Positions 10,297 through 19,246 are shown, counted from the stretch's first letter. The stretch is 64,000 bases of DNA from Desulfurivibrionaceae bacterium (GCA_031581485.1 JAVLBA010000002.1:4226-68225); one strand, 5' to 3'. Translations and numbers: made by a program. Notes: generated from the sequence alone by a model not told the origin.

Positions 10297-10311
10297 TGGC
10301 ACAATACTTGA
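10297..10311 (+). promoter_or_regulatory. Sigma-54-type -24/-12 promoter candidate for the fliL operon
   Basis: TGGCAC-AATAC-TTGAT, 56 nt upstream of the fliL ATG. The -24 box and spacing are perfect. The -12 box reads GA instead of GC. Confidence 0.4.
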
Positions 10312-10366
10312 TAAGGTCCCCCATAACGAAAAACCCTCCACCCACATTATGCAGGAGATCCAGACC

Positions 10367-10846
10367 ATGGCAGACGACAACATCCCCCCCTTGGAAGAAC
10401 CCAAAAAAAAATCCAGAACAATGCCCCTGGTCATTCTGGCGCTGGTTCTGCTTCTGGTGGGCGGCGGCGGCTTTTTTGCCTATACCACCTTCATGGCTCC
10501 CCCAGCGACCACAGCGGTACCACCCACCGAGACCACCAGTGTGGTTGGGGAGATGATCACCTTGAATGAATTTGTGGTGAACCTGGCCGATCCCAAGGGC
10601 AAACGGTATCTCAAATGCAAAATCAGCCTTGAAGTGGAAAGCGTGGAGGCCAAGGAGAGGGTGGCAAAAATTGCCCCCAAACTGCGTGACATCGTCATCA
10701 TGCTCCTTACCAGCCTGGCCTTTGAAGAGGTGATGACGCCGGAGGGCAAGATCCGCATCCGCAATGAACTCCTGGAGCGGTTCAACCAGGCGGCCCGGCC
10801 GGACCGGATCAGAAATCTCTACTTCAGCGACTTTGTCGTCCAATAA
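10367..10846 (+). CDS. fliL: Flagellar basal-body-associated protein FliL
   Basis: Short N-terminus, one TM (LVILALVLLLVGGGGFFAY), then ITLNEFVVNLADP..YLKCKISLEV...LRDIVI....IRNLYFSDFVVQ. An AGGAGA RBS precedes the ATG at 10367. Confidence 0.85.
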   Translation: MADDNIPPLEEPKKKSRTMPLVILALVLLLVGGGGFFAYTTFMAPPATTAVPPTETTSVVGEMITLNEFVVNLADPKGKRYLKCKISLEVESVEAKERVAKIAPKLRDIVIMLLTSLAFEEVMTPEGKIRIRNELLERFNQAARPDRIRNLYFSDFVVQ

Positions 10847-10868
10847 AACTCCAATCAACGAGAGATAG

Positions 10869-11858
10869 ATGGAACAGATTCTCAGCCAGGATGAAGTAGA
10901 TGCGCTCCTCAAGGGTATTTCCGGTGGCGACATTGAGGAGCCGGAAGATACCCTCGATGAAGAGGCGCTCGCCTATTCCACCTACGACTTCAGCCGCCAG
11001 GAACGCATCGTCCAGATCAAAATGCCGGCCCTGGATGTCATCAACGACGTCTTTCTGCGCTCCATCCGGGGCTCCCTGTCGGCAACCCTGCGCCGGATTC
11101 TCGATATCAGCTCCGTGCCCATGGAACTTGACCGGTTTGGCGCCTTTGTCCGCACCCTGCCGGTGCCCAGCAGCCTGCAGATCTTCAAAATGGACCCCTT
11201 CCGGGGCCTGGCCCTCTTCGTCATTGAGCCCAAGCTTGTTTTTGCCCTGGTGGAGAGTTTTTTAGGAGGCAGCGGCCAGCGCAACGTCCGCATTGAGGGG
11301 CGTGATTTCACCGCCATTGAGCAGCGCCTGATCCACCGGGTGGTCAACCTGCTGGTCAGTGACCTGGAAAAGGCCTGGTATTCGCTGCACCCCATCAAGG
11401 CCCAGTACATCCGCAGTGAAATCAACCCGCAGTTTGCCAAGATCTGTGAACCGGAAGACGTCGTTATCATCAATCGTTACGAGGTGGATATGGACCGGGC
11501 AGTGGGCTCCATTACCACCTGTATCCCCCTGGCCAACCTGGAGTCCGTAAAAAACAAGCTGATGACCACCTTCAGCAGAGAGCAGAGCGAGGAGGATATC
11601 AGCCTCCGGCGCATCCTGACGGAAAACATCAAGAACATGCCAACCGAGACCAAGGTGCTCCTGGGCACGACGGAGATCTCGGCCGGCGACGTTATTGCCC
11701 TGCAAAAGGGAGACATTATCCAGCTCGACAATCGCAAGGAAGACCTCCTGCCGGCCTATATTGCCGGGGTCAGGAAATATATGGGTTCCCCCGGCGTCCA
11801 TCGGGGCAACAAGGCCTTTTTGATTAAACGGAAGGTTCTGGACCAAAACAAGGATTAA
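10869..11858 (+). CDS. fliM: Flagellar motor switch protein FliM
   Basis: N-terminal CheY-P docking peptide LSQDEVDALL. 329 aa with the FliM middle and C-terminal pattern. Confidence 0.9.
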   Translation: MEQILSQDEVDALLKGISGGDIEEPEDTLDEEALAYSTYDFSRQERIVQIKMPALDVINDVFLRSIRGSLSATLRRILDISSVPMELDRFGAFVRTLPVPSSLQIFKMDPFRGLALFVIEPKLVFALVESFLGGSGQRNVRIEGRDFTAIEQRLIHRVVNLLVSDLEKAWYSLHPIKAQYIRSEINPQFAKICEPEDVVIINRYEVDMDRAVGSITTCIPLANLESVKNKLMTTFSREQSEEDISLRRILTENIKNMPTETKVLLGTTEISAGDVIALQKGDIIQLDNRKEDLLPAYIAGVRKYMGSPGVHRGNKAFLIKRKVLDQNKD

Positions 11859-11957
11859 TGGGCCACCCTGGTGGCCCTTATTTAAGATGACCTGCTGATG
11901 GCAAGGGCGATTGTCTCGCCCCCACCACCCGAGCAGGAAACGGCAAGGAGAAAAGAG

Positions 11958-12389
11958 ATGGCGGACGAATCATTGGCAGATGGCTGGGCAGATGCCCTGG
12001 AAGAAGAAAATCCTGAGGCAGGCAAAAAAGGGCCCAAGGGTGATGACGACTGGGATGCCCTGAGCGAGGAAGAGGGCTCCACCGCCAGCTTCCAGGAACT
12101 GGGCAAGGGCGAGGTGAGCAAGGGCGGCAACAAAAATCTCGAGTTTCTGCTCGACATCCCGCTGGAGATAAGCGTGGAACTGGGCCGCGCCTCCATGCTC
12201 ATCGACCGCATGCTCCAGCTCACCCAGGGCTCGGTTATTGAACTGGACAAGGCAGCCGGTGAAACCGTGGAGATCTACGTCAACAAAAAACTGCTGGGTA
12301 AGGGCGAGGTGATCGTGGTCAACGACCGCTTCGGGGTGCGCATCACCGAGATTATCAGCCAGGCCGACCGCATTAAAAACATAGGGTAA
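11958..12389 (+). CDS. fliN: Flagellar motor switch protein FliN
   Basis: C-terminal SpoA-type block LDIPLEISVELGRASMLIDRMLQLTQGSVIELDK...VEIYVNKKLLGKGEVIVVNDRFGVRITEI. An AAGGAG RBS precedes the ATG at 11958. Confidence 0.85.
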   Translation: MADESLADGWADALEEENPEAGKKGPKGDDDWDALSEEEGSTASFQELGKGEVSKGGNKNLEFLLDIPLEISVELGRASMLIDRMLQLTQGSVIELDKAAGETVEIYVNKKLLGKGEVIVVNDRFGVRITEIISQADRIKNIG

Positions 12390-12393
12390 GACA

Positions 12394-12867
12394 ATGAAGG
12401 CCCCTTTCTTCGCACATTTCATAACGGCATGCCTCCCTCTCCTCAGCCTGCCGGCCAGGGCGTGGGCCGCCGCTGAAGAACCCCTGCGGGTGACCACGCC
12501 GCACTTTGCCCCCCTGGACTCCATGGCCTACATCGGCAAGCTGCTGGCCGCCTTTCTGATCATCGCCGCCCTCATGGCCCTGCTCTTTAAGGGTCTGAAA
12601 AAAATGGGCATGGGCCATGGTTCCCTGAGCAAGGGCGGCCTGATCTCCGTGCTGGACACCCGCCTGATTGCCCCCAAGAAATATATCTCGGTGGTGCGGG
12701 TGGCCGGGGAAGATCTTGCCATTGCCATCTCCGACAACAGCATCACCCTGCTCTGCAAGCTCGGCCCTGCCTCTGCCTCCCCCAGGCAACAGAAAGAAGG
12801 CTCCGCTTTTGACGCCACCCTCAGCAAGGCCCATGGGGGCCATCCCCCGGAGGCATCCCATGTATAA
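12394..12867 (+). CDS. fliO: Flagellar biosynthesis protein FliO
   Basis: It sits between fliN and fliP. It has a single TM (LLAAFLIIAALMALLF) followed by a basic patch, and its stop overlaps the fliP start (ATGTATAA). Confidence 0.7.
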   Translation: MKAPFFAHFITACLPLLSLPARAWAAAEEPLRVTTPHFAPLDSMAYIGKLLAAFLIIAALMALLFKGLKKMGMGHGSLSKGGLISVLDTRLIAPKKYISVVRVAGEDLAIAISDNSITLLCKLGPASASPRQQKEGSAFDATLSKAHGGHPPEASHV

Positions 12868-13621
12868 GGTTCTCCGGCCGGCCCCTGTCCTGCTCCTTGG
12901 TCTGTTGGCTGTCACCCTGCTGCCCGGGCAGGGGCTGGCCGCCACTCTGCCCACCATCCAGCTGGGACTCACAGAAACCAGTGACCCCAAGCAGATGGCG
13001 ACCATCATTGAAATCCTGCTGGTCTTCACCGTGCTCTCCATGGCCCCGGCCCTGCTCCTGATGACCACCAGCTTCACCCGGCTGGTGGTGGCCTTCTCCT
13101 TTCTCAAGAGCGCCATGGGCACCCAGCAGATGCCGCCCTCCCAGGTGCTCATCGCCCTGTCGCTTTTCTTGAGTCTCTTCATCATGAGCCCGGTCTTCTC
13201 CCAGATGAACACCACGGCAGTGCAGCCCTATATGGCCGAGGAAATCGGCCTGGAAAAGGCCTTTACAGAGGGGATCAAACCCCTGCGCGCCTTTATGTTC
13301 AAACAGACCCGGCAAAAGGATCTGGCCCTCTTTCTCTCCTTTGCCAAGATGGAAAAGCCGCAGAACAAGGAGGAGATACCCACCACCATCCTGCTGCCGG
13401 CCTTCATGATCAGCGAACTCAAGACCGCCTTTCAGATCGGCTTCATCCTCTTTCTGCCCTTTCTGGTGGTAGACATGGTGGTGGCCAGCGTCCTGCTCTC
13501 CATGGGCATGATGATGCTGCCGCCGGTGATGGTGTCGCTGCCTTTTAAATTATTACTCTTTGTCCTGGTAGACGGCTGGTATCTCATTGTCGGTTCTCTG
13601 GTCAAAAGCTTTGGCGTCTAA
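12860..13621 (+). CDS. fliP: Flagellar type III export apparatus protein FliP
   Basis: Signal-like N-terminus, then LLMTTSFTRLVVAFSFLKSAMGTQQMPPSQVLIALSLFLSLFIMSPV, a FliP signature. The track ORF's upstream extension overlaps fliO and is rejected. Confidence 0.9.
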   Translation: MYKVLRPAPVLLLGLLAVTLLPGQGLAATLPTIQLGLTETSDPKQMATIIEILLVFTVLSMAPALLLMTTSFTRLVVAFSFLKSAMGTQQMPPSQVLIALSLFLSLFIMSPVFSQMNTTAVQPYMAEEIGLEKAFTEGIKPLRAFMFKQTRQKDLALFLSFAKMEKPQNKEEIPTTILLPAFMISELKTAFQIGFILFLPFLVVDMVVASVLLSMGMMMLPPVMVSLPFKLLLFVLVDGWYLIVGSLVKSFGV

Positions 13622-13632
13622 AGGAGACCCCC

Positions 13633-13902
13633 ATGACCCCTATTGAGGCCACCAGCCTGGGCCAGAATGCCATAACCATTACCCTGCTTCTCGCTGCCCC
13701 CCTGCTCTTGGTGGGCCTGGTGGTGGGCCTGGCCATTGCCCTGTTCCAGGCCACTACCCAGATCCAGGAGATGACCCTCACCTTTGTCCCCAAGATCGCT
13801 GCCGTCATGATCGCCATGCTCTTTTTCTCCTCCTGGATGCTGATTGAATTGACCGATTACACCAGGGATCTTTTTGAAAGCATCCCCCTGCTGATCAGGT
13901 AG
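13633..13902 (+). CDS. fliQ: Flagellar type III export apparatus protein FliQ
   Basis: 89 aa with two TMs. LAIALFQATTQIQEMTLTFVPK is a FliQ signature. Confidence 0.9.
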   Translation: MTPIEATSLGQNAITITLLLAAPLLLVGLVVGLAIALFQATTQIQEMTLTFVPKIAAVMIAMLFFSSWMLIELTDYTRDLFESIPLLIR

Positions 13903-13909
13903 AGCTGAG

Positions 13910-14698
13910 ATGACGGATACAGCCCTCCTTAACTGGACACTCAACAGCCTGCTGGTCCTGGTGATCGTACTGATCAGAGTGGGGCCCCTGCTCTTTTTCA
14001 TGCCCGTGATCGGTGCCAAGACCGTGCCCAGCCAGGCCAAGATCCCCCTGATCATGGCCGTTGCCCTGGTCGTGGCCCCCTCGGTGGCTGTCACCGCCGA
14101 TCAGCTGCCCACGACGGCCCTGGGCTTTGCCCTCTTTGTGGTAAACGAGATCTGCTTTGCCGCCATCCTCGCTTTTTTTGCCCGCCTCCTCTTTGATGCC
14201 ATCCAGCTGGCCGGCCAGATGGTCAGTATCCAGATGGGTATGGCCATGGCAGGCACCATGGACCCCCAATTCGGCAACCAGGCCTCTCTCGTCGGCCAAT
14301 TCTGGACCATGACCGCCTTTCTCATCTTTCTGGCCATTGACGGCCACCACATTTTTTTCCATACCCTGGTGGAGAGTTACCGTTGGGTGGCCCCCGGCAC
14401 CCTCCACCTCACAGAAGCCACCTATAACGGCGTCCTCGCCGCAGTTGGCCATATGTTTATCCTGGCCGTCAAAATAATGGCACCTGCCTCAGCCGCCATC
14501 TTCTTCTCCCATATCGCCATGGGGATCATCGCCAAGACCGTGCCGCAGATCCCCATCCTCATTGTGGGCATGCCCATGAATATCCTGGTGGGCCTGCTCT
14601 TTGTCGGCTTTTCCATAGAATATTTCCTGCCCCTGATGACAAGCCAGTTTGAAAACCTGGGCCGCCTCCTGCCCAGGTTGGCCCAGGGCATGGGCTAG
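13910..14698 (+). CDS. fliR: Flagellar type III export apparatus protein FliR
   Basis: 262 aa, polytopic, positioned between fliQ and flhB. Confidence 0.9.
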   Translation: MTDTALLNWTLNSLLVLVIVLIRVGPLLFFMPVIGAKTVPSQAKIPLIMAVALVVAPSVAVTADQLPTTALGFALFVVNEICFAAILAFFARLLFDAIQLAGQMVSIQMGMAMAGTMDPQFGNQASLVGQFWTMTAFLIFLAIDGHHIFFHTLVESYRWVAPGTLHLTEATYNGVLAAVGHMFILAVKIMAPASAAIFFSHIAMGIIAKTVPQIPILIVGMPMNILVGLLFVGFSIEYFLPLMTSQFENLGRLLPRLAQGMG

Positions 14699-14703
14699 GC
14701 AAA

Positions 14704-14731
14704 GGAGTAAGGAGTAAGGAGTAAGGAGTAA
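14704..14731 (+). repeat. Perfect tandem heptamer (GGAGTAA) x4
   Basis: Read directly: ggagtaa ggagtaa ggagtaa ggagtaa, starting 6 nt after the fliR stop and ending 61 nt before the flhB ATG. Confidence 0.95.
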
Positions 14732-14733
14732 TT

Positions 14734-14761
14734 TTGACAGGCCCTTAGTTTTTTACAAAAT
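14734..14761 (+). promoter_or_regulatory. Possible sigma-70-type internal promoter for flhB
   Basis: A perfect TTGACA (14734-14739) is followed after a 16-nt spacer by CAAAAT (14756-14761). The -10 element is mediocre. Confidence 0.25.
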
Positions 14762-14791
14762 AGTTAACCGAGACAGTGAGAAAAAAAGATC

Positions 14792-15862
14792 ATGGCTGAA
14801 GAGTCCAGCGGTCAGGAAAAAACAGAAGATCCCACTTCCCGGCGCCTTCTGGAGGCCCGGAAAAAGGGTGACGTGCTGAAAAGCATGGAGGTCCCTTCTG
14901 CGGCCGTGCTGCTCTTCGGGCTCCTGGCCCTCTACGCGCTGAAGACCTATATGTATGACCATTTCCTGCTGGTGATGCGCCATTATTTCAGCCATCTCCA
15001 CACCCTGAACATTACTCCGGACAACATGATGCCCCTCACCCTGGAGGTCATGACCTTTTTTGCCCTCCTGGTGGGGCCCCTGATGGTTATTATCTTCCTC
15101 ACCGCCCTCAGCGCCAATTACGCCCAGGTGGGCTTCCTCTTTTCCACGGAAAAGATTGTGCCCAAATATGAGAAAATTGACCCCATCAAGGGACTGCAAC
15201 GTCTCTTTTCCATGCAGACCCTGTTCAACACCCTTAAATCCATCGCCAAACTGGTAGTCATCGGCTGGGTGGCCTACAGCGTGGTCAAGGCGAACGTCCA
15301 CAACCTGCTGCCCCTCATGGATCAGTCCCCTCTGGCCATTTTCATCTTCTACGTCAGAGTCTCCTTCTGGATGTTCCTGAAGGCGGCCCTGATCATTGTC
15401 GTCCTGGCAGCCATAGACTGGCTCTTCCAGCGCTGGCAGTTCATGAAGAAGATGAAGATGACCAAGCAGGAGGTCAAGGAGGAGGCCAAGAGCACCGAGG
15501 GTGATCCCCATGTCAAGGGCAGAATCCGTTCTATCCAGATGGAAATGGCCCGGAAAAGGATGATGGCCGAAGTGCCTCAGGCAGATGTGATCATCACCAA
15601 CCCCACCCGGCTGGCCATTGCCATCAGATATGACAACGCCACCATGAAGGCCCCCCAGGTGGTGGCCATGGGGGCCGGGGTCATTGCCCACAGAATCAAG
15701 GAGATCGCCATGGAGCACCATATCCCCCTTATGGAGGACAAGCCCCTGGCCCGCGCCCTTTACCAGACCGTGGAGATCGGCGAGGAGATCCCGGCCCATC
15801 TCTTCCAGGCCATAGCCGAGATTCTGGCCCACGTCTACAGTATCAAGAAGAAGGCCGCCTAA
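14792..15862 (+). CDS. flhB: Flagellar type III export switch protein FlhB
   Basis: N-terminus EKTEDPTSRRLLEARKKGDV, four TMs, and a C-terminal autocleavage region reading NPTR (canonical NPTH). Confidence 0.9.
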   Translation: MAEESSGQEKTEDPTSRRLLEARKKGDVLKSMEVPSAAVLLFGLLALYALKTYMYDHFLLVMRHYFSHLHTLNITPDNMMPLTLEVMTFFALLVGPLMVIIFLTALSANYAQVGFLFSTEKIVPKYEKIDPIKGLQRLFSMQTLFNTLKSIAKLVVIGWVAYSVVKANVHNLLPLMDQSPLAIFIFYVRVSFWMFLKAALIIVVLAAIDWLFQRWQFMKKMKMTKQEVKEEAKSTEGDPHVKGRIRSIQMEMARKRMMAEVPQADVIITNPTRLAIAIRYDNATMKAPQVVAMGAGVIAHRIKEIAMEHHIPLMEDKPLARALYQTVEIGEEIPAHLFQAIAEILAHVYSIKKKAA

Positions 15863-15958
15863 AATCACGCATCAGGAGCAAGGAGAGAGCATTCAGAACA
15901 GAGCGCAGAGGGCTTTTGCAACCATACCCCCTGCTGGATTCTGAAGACGCCCAAAATT

Positions 15959-18070
15959 ATGGAAGCGGAAAAGACCTTAAACCCCGTAAAGATCGAGTAC
16001 ACCAGTCTGCTGGTGGCCGTGGGCGTCATCGGAATCCTGATGATCATGATCATGCCCCTGCCCACCATGATCCTGGATCTCCTCCTTTCCCTGGGCATCA
16101 CCATGAGTCTGGTGATCATGCTGATGTGCATGTACAACACCGACCCCCTGGACTTCTCTTCCTTTCCGTCCCTGCTGCTGTTGACCACCCTGTTCAGATT
16201 GTCCCTCAACATCGCCTCCACCCGCCTTATCCTGCTCCATGGCCATGAGGGGCCGGGGGCCGTGGGCCAGGTGATTCAATCCTTTGGCAATTTTGTGGTG
16301 GGGGGCAGCTTTACCGTGGGTCTGATCATCTTCCTGATCATGGTGCTCATCAACTTCATCGTTATCACCAAGGGCTCCGGCCGCATCGCCGAGGTGGCGG
16401 CCCGCTTCACCCTGGATGCCATGCCCGGCAAGCAGATGGCCATTGACGCCGACCTCAACGCCGGCATGATCGACGAGGCCACCGCCAAGGACCGGCGTGA
16501 GAAGATCTCCCGCCAGTCGGAATTTTACGGCGCCATGGATGGTGCCTCCAAATTTGTCCGGGGCGAGGCCGTGGCTTCCCTGGTGATCATGGTGATCAAT
16601 ATCGTGGGCGGCCTCTTCATTGGGGCGGTGCTCCAGAACATGGACGTCCTGCAGGCGGCCGAGACCTATACCCTGCTCACCATCGGCGACGGCCTGGTCT
16701 CCCAGATCCCCGCCCTGATCATCTCCACGGCAGCGGGTATCATTGTCAGCCGGGCCGCCTCCAAGCACAGCATGGGCATTGAGCTCACCAAGCAATTCGG
16801 CAAGCAGCCCGAGGCACTGGCCGTCTCCAGCGGCATCATCATCCTCTTCGGCCTGATTCCCGGCCTGCCCCATACCCCCTTCCTGCTCCTGGGTATCGGC
16901 ATGGGTGTCCTGGCCTGGTTTGCCTTTGTCAACAAGGCCAAGATGGACGAGGGAGTGATCAAGGAGGAGGAAGAAAAACGGCAGGCCGAGGAACCGCAAC
17001 CCGGCGCCCCTGAGACCGTGGAGGCGCTGCTTTCCATGGACACCCTGGAACTTGAGGTGGGGTATGGTCTCATTCCCCTGGTGGATGAAAAACAGCAGGG
17101 CGACCTGCTGGAGCGTATTCGCGGCATCCGCCGCCAGTTCGCCACCGAGATGGGGATGCTGCTGCCTCCCCTCCATGTCCGCGATAATCTGCAGATCAAG
17201 CCGGACGAATATGTCCTGCGCCTCAAAGGGGTGGAGATCGCCAAGGGAGAACTGCTCATGGGCCACTATCTGGCCATGGATTCCGGCGCAGCCAAGCGTG
17301 AGATCGAGGGCATCCCCACCACGGAACCCGCCTTCCAGCTCCCTGCCCTGTGGATCAGCGCCGACAAAAGGGATGAGGCCCAGCTGGCCGGCTACACCGT
17401 GGTGGACCCCTCCACTGTGGTGGCCACCCATATCACCGAGGTGTTGCGCAGCCATGCCGACGAGCTTCTGGGACGCCAGGCCACCCAGAAACTCCTGGAC
17501 CATCTGGCCAAAACCCATCCCAAGGTGGTGGAGGAGCTGGTCCCCAACCTCCTTTCCCTGGGGGGTGTGCAGAAGGTACTGCAGAATCTCCTGCGGGAAA
17601 GGGTTTCCATCCGCGACATGCTCACCATCTGTGAGACCCTGGCTGATTTCGCCCCCATCAGCAAGGACCCTGACCTGCTCACCGAATATGTGCGTCAGAA
17701 GCTGGCCCGCTCCCTGATCAGCTCCCTGGTGGATGAGCAGGGCGAACTCAATCTGCTCACCGTGGATACCCAGATCGAAGACTTTATCAGGGAGTCGATC
17801 CACAAAACCGAACAAGGCTCCTTTTTATCCCTGGAGCCCAATCTGGGCCAGCGTATTGTTGAATCGATCATCACGGAGGCGGAAAGGGTAACTGCCGAGG
17901 GCTATCAGCCCATTCTGCTGGCCACCCCGGCCATCCGCCGCCATCTTCGCCAGCTCATTGAACGTTTTGCACCGCAGGTCATCATCATCTCAGCCAGTGA
18001 ACTGACCACCAATGTAAAAATCAACTCCCTGGGGGCGGTGACCATTAATCCGCCCAACCCCAAAAAATAA
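15959..18070 (+). CDS. flhA: Flagellar type III export gate protein FlhA
   Basis: 703 aa with the FlhA TM region, linker and cytoplasmic domain pattern. Confidence 0.95.
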   Translation: MEAEKTLNPVKIEYTSLLVAVGVIGILMIMIMPLPTMILDLLLSLGITMSLVIMLMCMYNTDPLDFSSFPSLLLLTTLFRLSLNIASTRLILLHGHEGPGAVGQVIQSFGNFVVGGSFTVGLIIFLIMVLINFIVITKGSGRIAEVAARFTLDAMPGKQMAIDADLNAGMIDEATAKDRREKISRQSEFYGAMDGASKFVRGEAVASLVIMVINIVGGLFIGAVLQNMDVLQAAETYTLLTIGDGLVSQIPALIISTAAGIIVSRAASKHSMGIELTKQFGKQPEALAVSSGIIILFGLIPGLPHTPFLLLGIGMGVLAWFAFVNKAKMDEGVIKEEEEKRQAEEPQPGAPETVEALLSMDTLELEVGYGLIPLVDEKQQGDLLERIRGIRRQFATEMGMLLPPLHVRDNLQIKPDEYVLRLKGVEIAKGELLMGHYLAMDSGAAKREIEGIPTTEPAFQLPALWISADKRDEAQLAGYTVVDPSTVVATHITEVLRSHADELLGRQATQKLLDHLAKTHPKVVEELVPNLLSLGGVQKVLQNLLRERVSIRDMLTICETLADFAPISKDPDLLTEYVRQKLARSLISSLVDEQGELNLLTVDTQIEDFIRESIHKTEQGSFLSLEPNLGQRIVESIITEAERVTAEGYQPILLATPAIRRHLRQLIERFAPQVIIISASELTTNVKINSLGAVTINPPNPKK

Positions 18071-18109
18071 CCGGCCCTCCTGCCACGATTTTGCCTGAAA
18101 AGGACGACT

Positions 18110-19192
18110 ATGATTATTAAAAGATTCGAAGCAGCCACTGCCCCCAAGGCCATGGCCCTTATCAAAAAAAACCTGGGTGAAAATGCGGTCATCTTCTCCC
18201 AGAAGACCCTGGACAAGGGCATGCCCTCCCAACGGGTGGAAATCATGGCGGCCATGGATTACGACATGGAGACAAAACCTGCCCCCCTGTGGGTGGAAGA
18301 CGCGCTCCCGGCAAAGCACCTGGACACCTATGGTTATGAGGCGATCCGCAGACCCCAAAAGACCCAGCCGCGGCAGCCAAAACAACGAGGCCCCGAGAGT
18401 CCGGAGGTGGCTGCAAATTTCGCCAACCTCCTCCGGGAAAAAAGCGCTCCCTGGCAGACGGCAGAAAAGAGCAGAAGCAGCGCCCCCCTGCCCCGAGCCA
18501 TCCATCACCACCAGGTCAAAAAATGGCGCGATGAGCTCATTGACCAGATTGAGGTCAAACATCTGTGCAGCTCCGACCGTCAGGAGATCATCGCCCTGGT
18601 GGGCCCTACCGGGGTGGGCAAGACCACCACTGCGGCCAAACTTGCCGCCTGGTACCATCTGCACGAAGGCAAAAAGGTGATACTGCTTTCCATGGACTGC
18701 TACCGGATCGGCGCCACTGATCAGCTCCGCACCTATGCCCGCATCATGCGGCTGCCCTGCGAAGTGGCGGTCCGCAAAGAGGACCTCACCGGGGCCATTG
18801 CCCGCCACCATGATGCGGACCTCATCATTATTGATACTGCCGGCAAAAGCCCCTATGACACCAGCCATGTGCATGAACTGGCCGACTGGTTCGCGCCGGT
18901 GGCCCATATCCAGCCGCTGCTCTGCCTGAGCGCCACCACCAAGAAGGAGGACCTGTCACAGATCGTCAACTCCTACCAGGACCTGGCGCCCCACTGTGTG
19001 ATTCTCACCAAGCTGGATGAAACCAGGGCCTATGCCTTTCTCTGTCAACAGGTGGCCGCCGCCAACATGCCGGTGGGCTATCTCACCATGGGGCAACGGG
19101 TCCCCGAGGACTTCATGGTGGCAGAGAGGCCCTTCCTGACCTCCTTTTTCAAACAAGGATGGCCGGTGATGGCACAAGAGATGACCAACTAG
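18110..19192 (+). CDS. flhF: Flagellar biosynthesis SRP-type GTPase FlhF
   Basis: N-terminus MIIKRFEA..AMALIKK.LG.NAVI. G-motifs GPTGVGKTTT, DTAG and TKLDE are present. Confidence 0.9.
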   Translation: MIIKRFEAATAPKAMALIKKNLGENAVIFSQKTLDKGMPSQRVEIMAAMDYDMETKPAPLWVEDALPAKHLDTYGYEAIRRPQKTQPRQPKQRGPESPEVAANFANLLREKSAPWQTAEKSRSSAPLPRAIHHHQVKKWRDELIDQIEVKHLCSSDRQEIIALVGPTGVGKTTTAAKLAAWYHLHEGKKVILLSMDCYRIGATDQLRTYARIMRLPCEVAVRKEDLTGAIARHHDADLIIIDTAGKSPYDTSHVHELADWFAPVAHIQPLLCLSATTKKEDLSQIVNSYQDLAPHCVILTKLDETRAYAFLCQQVAAANMPVGYLTMGQRVPEDFMVAERPFLTSFFKQGWPVMAQEMTN

Positions 19193-19246
19193 GGCTTAAA
19201 AAAGATGGCAGCGCCCCTTCCCGCATATTAAGAGAGTTTATTTTTT

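Noticed and set aside
12668-12859. An N-terminal extension of the fliP ORF (317-aa version).
   Set aside because: The extension overlaps the fliO coding frame and is Pro/Ser-rich. The FliP signal peptide begins at the ATG at 12860, which overlaps the fliO stop.
15977-17815. A 612-aa ORF antisense to flhA. Similar cases are 14753..15868 (antisense to flhB), 8638..9621 (antisense to DUF362) and 26878..27732 (antisense to the exonuclease gene).
   Set aside because: The opposite strand encodes highly recognisable proteins. The antisense translations are low-complexity (G/H/D/Q-rich) with no recognisable motifs. Long stop-free antisense frames are expected at this GC content.
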